Source of the DNA: Deltaproteobacteria bacterium
GTDB taxonomy: Bacteria; Desulfobacterota; JADFXK01
Assembly (NCBI GenBank): GCA_015233625.1
Contig: JADFXK010000002.1
Location: forward strand, 1 to 51,481
Length of the DNA stretch: 51,481 bases
Direction of reading: 5' to 3'
The stretch's first letter is position 1. Every line of letters starts with the position of its first letter. The position numbers were made by a program, and so were the translations under genes. Positions 1-8,284 of this stretch are shown one piece after another. Below the pieces are notes generated by a model. That model did no database searches and was not told the DNA's origin. It was given only the letters and a program-made list of their open reading frames with translations.

Positions 1-620
1 GGTTTGAAGGTTATTTGGTGAGTGAGCACCCCCTTGATTATCACCGACAGTGTTTTGTCTTTGTCGCCGGTAATGAAAAACGTCATCTCGCCCTGGTCAA
101 GGGTGGCGGCCTGAAGCTTAAAGGTGTCCAGAATCCTGGCATTCGTAAACCGTTTGGGTGATCTCACCGTAAGCTGATATCTGATGTACCGCCTCTCGCG
201 ATGTTTATTCAACCGCTCTTCACGGCTGGTAATATCGTCTTTTGACAGACCTAGATCAAAGAGGGCGCGTAGAACCACCTGGTCGGAGCGTTCCACCAGT
301 GAGGCGGGATCAGACTCGGTATCTCTTTCTTCTGGTGTTATTTTAGGCCTGGTTGGGGTCTTGGGGGGTGGAGCTACCCTGGATTCTCCTGGGGAAGGCA
401 CTCTTTTTGATTTGTCGGGGGAGAGGAAATGAAATATCCCGACGATAGTCAGTATAGCCACAAGGCTTAAACTAAAGACGAGCCAACCGCGGAGGAACCA
501 CGGTGGTTGGCTCGTCTTTGTCTTAGTTAATGATCTAGGTTTGGAGACCCTTTTCTTTCCAGTGGTTTTTTTAGCCGACTGGGGATTTATCGGGGTTTCC
601 CTGTCTTCGCCGGGAGCCAT
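1..620 (-). CDS. hypothetical membrane-anchored protein, N-terminal part only (ORF runs off the window start)
   Basis: Absent from the supplied track because no stop lies inside the window. ATG at 620-618, 3 nt after the ctp stop. I checked every tta/cta/tca on the + strand from 1 to 620 and none falls in this frame. Basic N-terminus (KKTTGKKRVSKPRSLTKTKT) followed by one hydrophobic span (WFLRGWLVFSLSLVAILTIVGIF). Confidence 0.55.
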   Translation of the reverse strand, partial: MAPGEDRETPINPQSAKKTTGKKRVSKPRSLTKTKTSQPPWFLRGWLVFSLSLVAILTIVGIFHFLSPDKSKRVPSPGESRVAPPPKTPTRPKITPEERDTESDPASLVERSDQVVLRALFDLGLSKDDITSREERLNKHRERRYIRYQLTVRSPKRFTNARILDTFKLQAATLDQGEMTFFITGDKDKTLSVIIKGVLTHQITFK

Positions 621-622
621 AA

Positions 623-2122
623 TTACTTGGACGCGGCAGGTTGTTTGTTTAAGGTCTGGGTGAAAATACCCCAAGACTTGAGAAGCTGCAACGCACGTTG
701 GACGTGAGCGTCTTTGGCCAGACGTTCCTTCTCGGTCAGGACCTTTTTGTCGTCAGAACCGACTTTTGACTGGTCGCCAGTGGCGTCATCATGAGTGATC
801 TCTTTTGTTTTGTCTTGGCTGCGGTCCTTATCGCGTCCCTTGTCTTGGCTTTTATCTTGAGGCTTGGCTTTATCCTGAGGCTTAGCTTTATCTGGTGTCT
901 TATCCAGTGTCTTGTCTGGAGTCGTGTCTTCGGACTCTTCCTTTCCTTTGATGTGACCTTCCAGATCCTTTTCGCGCAAATAACGAATATTGTTATTTTC
1001 TTTGGGCGCGGCCGTCTCTACTAGGATGTCGGGTGTGATCCCCTTGGCTTGAATATCTCGACCGTTGGGGGTGTAATACTTGGCTGTGGTCAAACGAAGA
1101 GCAGAACCATCTTCCAGCGGAATAATGGTTTGGACGGAACCTTTGCCAAAAGTTTGGGAGCCCAAGACAACGGCTCTTTTGTGATCTTGGAGGGCCCCGG
1201 CCACGATTTCGGAGGCGCTGGCGCTCCCTTCATTGACTAAAGCAATAATGGGGAAGTCTTGGTAATGATCATTCGGGTGAGCAAAAAACTTAAGGTCCTG
1301 AGTTTTATTTCGGCCCATGGTATACACGATCAGGCCGGATTCAAGAAATTCATTGGTTACCTTGACCGCCTGGTCGAGTAACCCACCTGGATTGTTGCGC
1401 ATATCCAGGACCAATCCTTTTACTGGCTTGTTATTTTCCTGGAGAGTTTTTAGAGCTTTGATCAGATCCTGGTGGGTCGTGTCCTGGAAAGTGGAGATGC
1501 GAACATAGACATAACCCGGCTCTAAGGTCTCAAATTTGACACTTTTGATGGGAATGACTTCCCGGGCAATGACAAAATCTTTAAGCTTGTTGGCGCCTTC
1601 TCTCAAGATGGACAGGGTGACTGTAGTCCCTTTGACGCCCCGGATACCTCTGACCGCATCCATCAGGCTCATATTCTTGGTTAATTTACCATTAATCTTA
1701 ATTATTCTGTCACCGGCTTTTAATCCGGCTTGAAAGGCCGGGGTATCTTCGATGGGGGAGACCACCGTCAGTACTCCGTCTTTGAGGGTTATCTCGATCC
1801 CGATTCCACTAAAACTACCCTTCGTCTCAATGGTCAATTCCTTATATTCTTCCGGGGTAAGGAATGATGAGTGGGGGTCCAGGGTGGCGACCATCCCCTT
1901 AATAGCCCCGTAGATAAGGGTTTTGGGCACTTCCTTTTCGACATACTTCTTCTCGATCTCATTGAGGACTTCGGCAAAGATTTTAATCTCACTGTATGTC
2001 GCTTCCGGATCGGAATCCGGGTCTCGCCCAGTGACCAGCTCCCCATCAATCAAGAACAGCCCAAGGATTGCAACCAGGGTCAGACAAAAGAGGGTTTTGG
2101 GGGTCATCCATTTGAACATCAC
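623..2122 (-). CDS. ctpA: carboxyl-terminal processing peptidase (S41 family, PDZ domain)
   Basis: 499-aa ORF with a signal-anchor N-terminus. PDZ-like GSFSGIGIE...GDRIIKING. S41 boxes RNNPGGLL, VNEGSASASEI (Ser) and TFGKGSVQT (Lys). Lys/Asp-rich repeat linker near the C-terminus. Confidence 0.9.
   Translation of the reverse strand: MMFKWMTPKTLFCLTLVAILGLFLIDGELVTGRDPDSDPEATYSEIKIFAEVLNEIEKKYVEKEVPKTLIYGAIKGMVATLDPHSSFLTPEEYKELTIETKGSFSGIGIEITLKDGVLTVVSPIEDTPAFQAGLKAGDRIIKINGKLTKNMSLMDAVRGIRGVKGTTVTLSILREGANKLKDFVIAREVIPIKSVKFETLEPGYVYVRISTFQDTTHQDLIKALKTLQENNKPVKGLVLDMRNNPGGLLDQAVKVTNEFLESGLIVYTMGRNKTQDLKFFAHPNDHYQDFPIIALVNEGSASASEIVAGALQDHKRAVVLGSQTFGKGSVQTIIPLEDGSALRLTTAKYYTPNGRDIQAKGITPDILVETAAPKENNNIRYLREKDLEGHIKGKEESEDTTPDKTLDKTPDKAKPQDKAKPQDKSQDKGRDKDRSQDKTKEITHDDATGDQSKVGSDDKKVLTEKERLAKDAHVQRALQLLKSWGIFTQTLNKQPAASK
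843..898 (-). repeat. imperfect tandem repeat (about 18 nt x3) inside ctp, encoding (PQDKAK)-like units
   Basis: cttggcttttatcttgagg / cttggctttatcctgagg / cttagctttatctggtgt on the + strand. Encodes DKAKPQDKAKPQDKSQDK. Confidence 0.7.
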
Positions 2123-2288
2123 CTGCTCCTTTGTTTTATGGGATAAAATGGGTAATACATGGATTATTGACCCTATTATAGTGATTAGCTGACAATAATG
2201 TCAATGCACAATTTTAAGACGCCGGGCTGGTCTCAGGTAATTGCCTCAACATCGCGTCGGCAGACCAGAGAAACGACAAAGTCACCGG

Positions 2289-3313
2289 TCAAGCCCGCAT
2301 CGTTCGGACGCGCGGGAGTTCCGTGGTTGAGCAATCCTTCCTGGCTTTGATAGCTTTTTTGGCGGCCTCGGCAATGGCCTGGCTGGTCAAACCGAAGTAG
2401 GACAGGAGGCGTTCCGGCGGCCCGGAGATGCCGAATCTGTCTTGAATACCGATGCGTTTAACTGGGCATGGGTATTTGTCGGCCAATACTTCACACACGG
2501 CGCTGCCCAACCCGCCGCTAATCAGATGTTCTTCGGCGGTAACCACGGCCCCGGTGATCATGGCTGAGTCTAAGAGCGTGTCCTCATCTAATGGCTTAAT
2601 GGTGGACATATTGATCACAGTGGCAGAGATGCCATCTTTTTTCAACAAGTCAGCCGCACCCAGGGCTATGTGGACCATCAGTCCCGTGGCGACGATGGTT
2701 ACGTCGCGCCCCTCCTTGAGGATACTTGCGTGACCAATTCTGAATTTATATCTGTCGTCGTAGATTACCGGTGTGGCTATTCGACCGGTCCGAACATAAA
2801 CCGGCGCCTTAATATCGGCTATAGTTTCAATAACTCGCCTGGTTTCGACACCGTCAGCCGGGACAATCACGGTCATATTAGGCAGAATGCGCATCAACCC
2901 AATATCCTCTACCGCCTGGTGAGACCCGCCGTCATCACCCACGGTAACTCCTGCGTGAGTCGCGACAATCTTGACGTTGGCCAACGAATAGGCGACACAC
3001 TGGCGGACTTGCTCCCAGGCCCGGCCGGCGGCGAAGATGGCGAAGGTACTGGCAAAAGGTATCTTTCCCGTCGAAGCCAGCCCAGCGGCCGTGCTCATCA
3101 TGTCCTGCTCGGACACTCCCATATTAAAAAACGGTCGGGGAATTTATTGGCAAATAAACGGGTATTGGTAGAACCAGATAAATCCGCATCCAAGACCACG
3201 ATATTTTGGTTAGTCTCTCCCAATTTGGCTAAAGTTTTACCATATTCGACTCTGGTGCTTAAGAACTCGACCAACACAATCCTCCTGTGGGCAGATCTGG
3301 GCCCGAGGCTCAT
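2289..3313 (-). pseudogene. transketolase C-terminal (pyrimidine-binding) subunit, reading frame broken at an A6/T6 run (3126-3131)
   Basis: ORF 3098..3313 ends ...DADLSGSTNTRLFANKFPDRFLIWECPSRT*. ORF 2289..3122 starts MGVSEQDMMSTAAGLA... The conserved transketolase motif FPDRFFNMG(I/V)SEQ is split across the two frames. One extra T in the T6 run would restore ...PDRFFNMGVSEQ. Confidence 0.75.
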
Positions 3314-3379
3314 GCCTCAACTTGTTTTGGGTTTTAAAAAGACTATTTTCCCCCTAAAAAACGGATAGGAACCTGTATC

Positions 3380-4207
3380 TCAGGCTGCCGCCAACTCCCT
3401 AAGAGCAACAGCTAATTCCTCATCATTGGGAGCTACTCCATGGTACTTCACCTGGTTTTCAAATATAGACACGCCCTTTCCCTTGACCGTCTCAGCAATA
3501 ATCATGGTTGGTTTGCCCTTAGTTCTTTCCGCCTGGTCAAGGGCCTCCATAATTTGCTTCATATCGTGGCCGTCGATGCTTTGAACCTCCCAACCGAAGG
3601 CTTGCCACTTAGCCCCCAACGGCTCAATATTCATCACGTCTTCCACCCGACCATCAATCTGGAGATGGTTATGGTCTATTATGGCGCAGAGATTATCCAA
3701 GCGGTAGTGGGGGGCGGTCATGGCCGCTTCCCAGACTTGACCTTCCTGGACTTCCCCATCGCCCAACACGACGTAAACTCGCGCTCCACGGCCATCTAAC
3801 CTGGTCCCCATGGCCATGCCATTGGCCAGGGACAACCCCTGTCCCAGGGATCCGGTCGATACATCCACCCCGGCAGTCAAAAGGCAATCCGGGTGTCCCT
3901 GCAAACAAGCCCCCAGTTGACGGAGGGTATAAAGTTCTTCGGGAACGAAGTAACCGCACTCGGCCAGCACGGCGTAATATGCCGGGCAGGCATGGCCTTT
4001 GGAAAGGACGAATCGATCCCGATGTACCCAATCGGGATTATTCGGTTTATGTCTCATCTTATACAAGAAAAGAGCGACCAAGATATCGGCCGCTGAAAGG
4101 GATCCCCCGGTGTGCCCCGAGCCGGCTTGATGAAGCATTTTGACTATCTGGATTCTAACTCTTCTGGCTATTTGGATAAGCTTTTGAACATCGGAAATCG
4201 ATTCCAT
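3380..4207 (-). CDS. transketolase N-terminal (thiamine-diphosphate-binding) subunit
   Basis: 275 aa. Motifs SGHTGGSLS, SKGHACPAYY and VLGDGEVQEGQVWEA are typical of split transketolase subunit A. It lies directly upstream of the C-terminal subunit. Confidence 0.9.
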   Translation of the reverse strand: MESISDVQKLIQIARRVRIQIVKMLHQAGSGHTGGSLSAADILVALFLYKMRHKPNNPDWVHRDRFVLSKGHACPAYYAVLAECGYFVPEELYTLRQLGACLQGHPDCLLTAGVDVSTGSLGQGLSLANGMAMGTRLDGRGARVYVVLGDGEVQEGQVWEAAMTAPHYRLDNLCAIIDHNHLQIDGRVEDVMNIEPLGAKWQAFGWEVQSIDGHDMKQIMEALDQAERTKGKPTMIIAETVKGKGVSIFENQVKYHGVAPNDEELAVALRELAAA

Positions 4208-4563
4208 TAAAGTGGGCTCCTAATGACTTATTGACGACGTGCCCTTTCGTAACACAAAAAGAACAGACTATCAATAATAATATGGTACCGATTAGTAATG
4301 GTACCGGTTATGGTGAATCTGCGGCTGGCTGAACAACAGGTCTCCCGTAAAATTACTTAAAAAATAAATCCGCGACCTGACTCAAGAGAAAAGTCTTATT
4401 TGGGTGACGGCTCCAAACAAAATTTCACCCTCGGGTCATGAATACGATCAAGTCCCCGCCACATTCTGCCTTCGCCCTGGGTTAGCTGGTGTGCCTTCCG
4501 GGCAAACAACATCCGGGTTTCGCCGATAGGTGCTCCGGTAGGGGAAGGGGAATGGGGCAAATC

Positions 4564-5088
4564 CTACGGGGAGGTAACTACGGTGAATGATTTTTTGGCC
4601 AGAACCCGGCCGTTATAGATGACGGCGAAGGTCCATTTTCCCGGAACCATTTCATATTCATGGTCAAAGGTGAAGCCGTTGAAAAAAATCTGATTCCGGT
4701 CATCGAATTTAAAGGAAAAGCTGACGTTGTTCTCCGTGATGGTCGGGCCTTCGGGCGTTTTAATGGGGGGGATCAGGGCCGCATGGGTCAGCGTATAAAC
4801 CTGCTGCTTCGGAAAGTTAAACACCTGATAGGTAAAACCAAAACTTATTCCTTTTTTGGCCGTGATCCGATCTCCTTGATTAACAATCTTATAATTGCTC
4901 ACTTGAGCGGCCTTGGTTCCTTTACCTTCTTCGTCTTTGATCTCCTGGCTATCGCCCAGAGTAAAGACACCGAAGTTGCGGATTTCTATCTCCAAAGATT
5001 GTTGTGCAAAGACCGGTAGGACGGTCAAACTGAAAAGTAAGACGGTTAAAAAACAGACCTTTCTCACAAGACACCTCGGCTTGAACAA
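4564..5088 (-). CDS. exported hypothetical protein (possibly DUF3859-like; recalled from memory only)
   Basis: 174 aa. N-terminal signal peptide (CFLTVLLFSLTVLPVFAQQ), beta-rich remainder ending ...VPGKWTFAVIYNGRVLAKKSFTV. Confidence 0.6.
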   Translation of the reverse strand: MFKPRCLVRKVCFLTVLLFSLTVLPVFAQQSLEIEIRNFGVFTLGDSQEIKDEEGKGTKAAQVSNYKIVNQGDRITAKKGISFGFTYQVFNFPKQQVYTLTHAALIPPIKTPEGPTITENNVSFSFKFDDRNQIFFNGFTFDHEYEMVPGKWTFAVIYNGRVLAKKSFTVVTSP

Positions 5089-5183
5089 TAATGAGTTTCC
5101 TGGTTATGAGTTACTTATTGATTAACCAGGGGTTACACCTATCCGCGTGGCCCGGCAGCCCGTTGTCTAAAGCACTCCCGGCG

Positions 5184-6149
5184 TTAGCGGAGGTTTTCTG
5201 CGATGTGTGCGACCATCCGAAAAAGCATTGGCTCCAAAATAATACGAGGCATAAATACCAACCCCTGGCCGATCAGACTGTCAGTTAGTTCGGCGGCGCT
5301 TTCTTTTACGTCGCCGGTTTTCCGGAAGGATGCCTCCATGGCCGCTCGGAACTCGATGGCCGAGTCAATGGACCGATCAAGGTAGGTCAGTCCGTCCTGT
5401 CCGGTCATGGCCCCAAAGTGCTCAGCTAGAAAAATTTCAACCGGAAACTGTTTCATCCTCTGCAATGTTTCTTGATACTGGGTATAGTTGGAAGTGCCGG
5501 CCGGGAAGATTCTATCTTCACCGGGAACGCCGCCCCCATCGGAGCCGAATAAAGCTTTTTCCGCCGGAACCCAGGCCGCGATGGAACATGTGGAGTGGCC
5601 CGGCGCGTCCACGATAGTGACGGAAATGTCTCCGCCCAGGTCAATAATATCACCTTCTTTGACCGGTCGGTCAACTACTACGCCGGGAAAGGATAAATCC
5701 AGTTTTGATGTGGCCTGGGTATCACCGAACTGAGCGGTGGCCAGCTCATTAAAATTACTGATGCTAACCACGGCCTTAGGCGCCATCAAGATACTCTGGG
5801 CCGGATATGAAGCCCAAATGGACATCTGCGGCCAGCGCCGTTTGAAAAAAGGAACAGCCCCGCAATGGTCAAAATGGGCATGCAGAATCAACAGGTGCTT
5901 GATTCGGCTTTCATCTACTCCGAACGCGGAGAACTGGTCGAGCACGGTCGGCACAATATAGGCCATGCCGCCGCCAATAAGCATATCTTCATTTTCTCCT
6001 CGGAGAAGATAGATACACGATTCATTCCGTCCCAAAAACAGAATTCGTTCGGTAACCCATCCCGGCTCTTTGATCCGCATCCTTATGACCCTTCCGACTC
6101 TTGGGTGGTATGGCCTTATCAATACTCCAACTTGTTTGCATCCCGGCAT
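5184..6149 (-). CDS. MBL-fold metallo-hydrolase
   Basis: HxHxDH motif (LHAHFDHCG) and a later APGHS motif. 321-aa ORF; the true start may be an internal Met. Confidence 0.8.
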   Translation of the reverse strand: MPGCKQVGVLIRPYHPRVGRVIRMRIKEPGWVTERILFLGRNESCIYLLRGENEDMLIGGGMAYIVPTVLDQFSAFGVDESRIKHLLILHAHFDHCGAVPFFKRRWPQMSIWASYPAQSILMAPKAVVSISNFNELATAQFGDTQATSKLDLSFPGVVVDRPVKEGDIIDLGGDISVTIVDAPGHSTCSIAAWVPAEKALFGSDGGGVPGEDRIFPAGTSNYTQYQETLQRMKQFPVEIFLAEHFGAMTGQDGLTYLDRSIDSAIEFRAAMEASFRKTGDVKESAAELTDSLIGQGLVFMPRIILEPMLFRMVAHIAENLR

Positions 6150-6262
6150 ACGAGGAGAAAGCTCCGGTTAACTTTCGGCTTCCAGACCCGACGTCTGAGA
6201 CTGGTGAAGGATAGAAACATTATCTCACTTCGATTAAGTTGTAAAGTCAAAAAGTAATTTTG

Positions 6263-6338
6263 CTCAGGGCAAACGGATGAACTTTTTTAATAAATGATCA
6301 AGTCCAAATAGGCCCGGAAGGGCGACGCTGGTTAGACC
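6263..6338 (+). repeat. dispersed upstream element, copy 1 (CAGGGCA..ATGAA..AAGTCCAAATAGGCCCGGAAGGGCGACGCTGGTTAGACC)
   Basis: Aligns by eye with the reverse complement of 11294-11368 and partly with 48971-49014. Lies about 115 nt upstream of the start of the minus-strand MBL gene. Confidence 0.6.
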
Positions 6339-6366
6339 AGCTAAATTTGGTTACGTTGGGATGAAG

Positions 6367-6987
6367 CTACTGAGACAGGCGCCAACTTTCCAGGTGACGT
6401 TCCAGGCTAGATACTTCTGTGGCGATTTTGTCTATATGGGTTGGATCAGGGTCGGCCTGGGCGGAATCAACGATTGTTCTTAACCGCCGAGTGTCTTCAC
6501 TCAACCGGAGCAACCGTTCACTCAGTCCGTCGATCATCTGGTTGATTTCGTTTTGTTGCCTGATCAGGTAATCATGTTGTCGAATTTGTACCTTTCGGCT
6601 TAAATCCCCATCGGATATTCGCTTGAACGCATTGCCAAAATTAAAAAGGGGACCACAAATCCGATGGGTCAAGAGAATTACGTGGATCGAAACGGCCAGA
6701 CCCAGCACCAGCAAGGCCGGAACCAGCTTCTGAGCCAGAGAAATCAATTCACTGGCGGCGCGGTATTGAACTGCTAAGTCTGACGAAAAAACCATATCAT
6801 AGACCAGGGGAATAAACACCAAACCCAGTTCGATGACCACCACGGAAAATATATAGACCAGCACCACCAGGACGATCCTAAGCTGGAGTTCTCGATCTAT
6901 CAGGTAATTCTTGATGCTTCTTCGACTGTTTCGGTTCACCAGGCGTATCCTTAGAACTCTATTCGGTGATGGTGCCGTCTTTGACAA
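6367..6987 (-). CDS. membrane protein with HAMP-like domain and no output domain
   Basis: Two hydrophobic spans, then PLFNFGNAFKRISDGDLSRKVQIRQHDYLIRQQNEINQMIDGL (HAMP-like), then a coiled-coil tail. Confidence 0.6.
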   Translation of the reverse strand: MSKTAPSPNRVLRIRLVNRNSRRSIKNYLIDRELQLRIVLVVLVYIFSVVVIELGLVFIPLVYDMVFSSDLAVQYRAASELISLAQKLVPALLVLGLAVSIHVILLTHRICGPLFNFGNAFKRISDGDLSRKVQIRQHDYLIRQQNEINQMIDGLSERLLRLSEDTRRLRTIVDSAQADPDPTHIDKIATEVSSLERHLESWRLSQ

Positions 6988-7432
6988 CGGTGTAAAAGGT
7001 TTTTCTTCCTTTAATGTGTCGGGCGGCCGCAGAGAACGGTGAAACGGATGTGACCGTAATGGTCACTCCCGGCGAAATGCTAAAGCCTTCTAAAGAAATA
7101 GTTGAGGCGATGGAAGGGACACCGCTGACGACAGACCCCATATCTCCCAGGTAGTCATCATTATTCGAAATGTAGTTGGCCTGAGATTCAATAAACAGGT
7201 TTAGATCATGCTTAGCCGTAACGTCATAGGCCATAGATTGATAATGATAAACCCAAAAGACGGATATGGAAGCCAGAATAGCCAGAATAGTCGCGACCAC
7301 GATCAACTCAACCAGGGTCATACCAATTTGGAAACTGTCCCGAATCAGCTCGGCTCCGGTTTGATCTGACGGACAAGGAGGTCTGGCTGGTTTAATCTGA
7401 CCGGCGAAGGGCTGGGTTGTGCTTCTATACAT
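6959..7432 (-). CDS. prepilin-type N-terminal cleavage/methylation domain protein (pilin/pseudopilin-like)
   Basis: Contains ...FQIG/MTLVELIVVATILAILASI, the class III signal (G / x-T-L-x-E plus hydrophobic helix). The leader is unusually long, so the real start may lie downstream of 7432. The 3' end overlaps the next gene by 29 nt. Confidence 0.65.
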   Translation of the reverse strand: MYRSTTQPFAGQIKPARPPCPSDQTGAELIRDSFQIGMTLVELIVVATILAILASISVFWVYHYQSMAYDVTAKHDLNLFIESQANYISNNDDYLGDMGSVVSGVPSIASTISLEGFSISPGVTITVTSVSPFSAAARHIKGRKTFYTVVKDGTITE

Positions 7433-7504
7433 AAAACCACCAGCTTTCAGACTCAGGGTGATGGTCAGGCCGTTTCACGATCAGATGGGCCCGTGGCCAA
7501 TCCG

Positions 7505-8173
7505 TCATGGTTTCGGGTTCTCCTTGCGGGTTATTCTTTCGGCCACTTGGGGGTAAAGCCTCCTCAGGCATTCGGGGCATATTCCATGGCTGAACTGAGC
7601 TTCGGTGTGATGGGCCACGTATTCTTCCACCTGTTGCCAGAATCCTTCGTCATTGCGGATTTTTTTGCAATGGGAACAAATGGGGATGAAGCCGGAGAGT
7701 TGTTTTACCTGGGCCAGAGCGTCTTTAAGTTTGGCAATAAGCTGTTTTTGTTCGGCGATTAGTTTTTGCTGATCGTCTTTGACGGCCTTCAGCTCCAGAT
7801 GGGTATGCACCCGGGCCAATAATTCCGCCGAATTAAAAGGCTTAGCGATATAATCAACCGCCCCGACCCGGAAGCCGTGGACAATATCTTGAGTCTCGGT
7901 TTTGGCCGTCAGGAAGATAATAGGTACGTCGCGGGTGAGGGGGGATGCTTTGAGTTTCTTGCAGACTTCATATCCGTCAATATCGGGCATCATGATATCC
8001 AACAAAATAAGATCTGGGACAATTTCTTTCACAATCGCCAAGGCCTGTTCGCCGCCCGTGGCCACGGATATTCTATAGTCCTCCCGTTTTAATATGATAC
8101 CCAGGACTTCAAGGTTTTTGGGGACATCATCTACAATTAAGATGACCGGCTTTTTCTCATCCCTGTTCATCAC
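7505..8173 (-). CDS. response regulator (receiver domain) with coiled-coil linker and Cys-rich C-terminal domain
   Basis: Receiver motifs ILIVDD, LILLDIMMPDIDG, IIFLTAK and DYIAKPF. C-terminus is IPICSHCKKIRNDEGFWQQVEEYVAHHTEAQFSHGICPEC (CxxC...CxxC). Confidence 0.85.
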   Translation of the reverse strand: MMNRDEKKPVILIVDDVPKNLEVLGIILKREDYRISVATGGEQALAIVKEIVPDLILLDIMMPDIDGYEVCKKLKASPLTRDVPIIFLTAKTETQDIVHGFRVGAVDYIAKPFNSAELLARVHTHLELKAVKDDQQKLIAEQKQLIAKLKDALAQVKQLSGFIPICSHCKKIRNDEGFWQQVEEYVAHHTEAQFSHGICPECLRRLYPQVAERITRKENPKP

Positions 8174-8284
8174 CTCGTTCTACTCCCTGGGCCAATAGTC
8201 ACCCGCAGATGTTCTGAATTATCCATCGTGATCTTTCCTCGTGGCAGGTAAATGAACAGCTCTCAACGTTAATTTACTTTTTGT

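Noticed and set aside
184-432. Tracked 82-aa + strand ORF
   Set aside because: It lies antisense to a longer uninterrupted minus-strand frame (1-620) that has a sensible start next to ctp and a basic-tail-plus-TM layout. The + ORF has no RBS, and its product is Ser/Arg/Gly-rich with no recognisable motif.
2185-2215. TGACA-ATAA-TGTCA inverted repeat between ctp and tkt as an operator
   Set aside because: It has only 5-bp arms in an AT-rich spacer. There is no second copy and no regulator context to support it.
2670-3368. 232-aa + strand ORF, and many similar antisense ORFs (for example 10583..10960, 15351..15698, 25814..26323, 27771..28133, 39667..40164, 41564..41848)
   Set aside because: All are embedded antisense in genes with strong family motifs, mostly in GC-rich DNA where long spurious frames are expected. 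None has motifs or an RBS.
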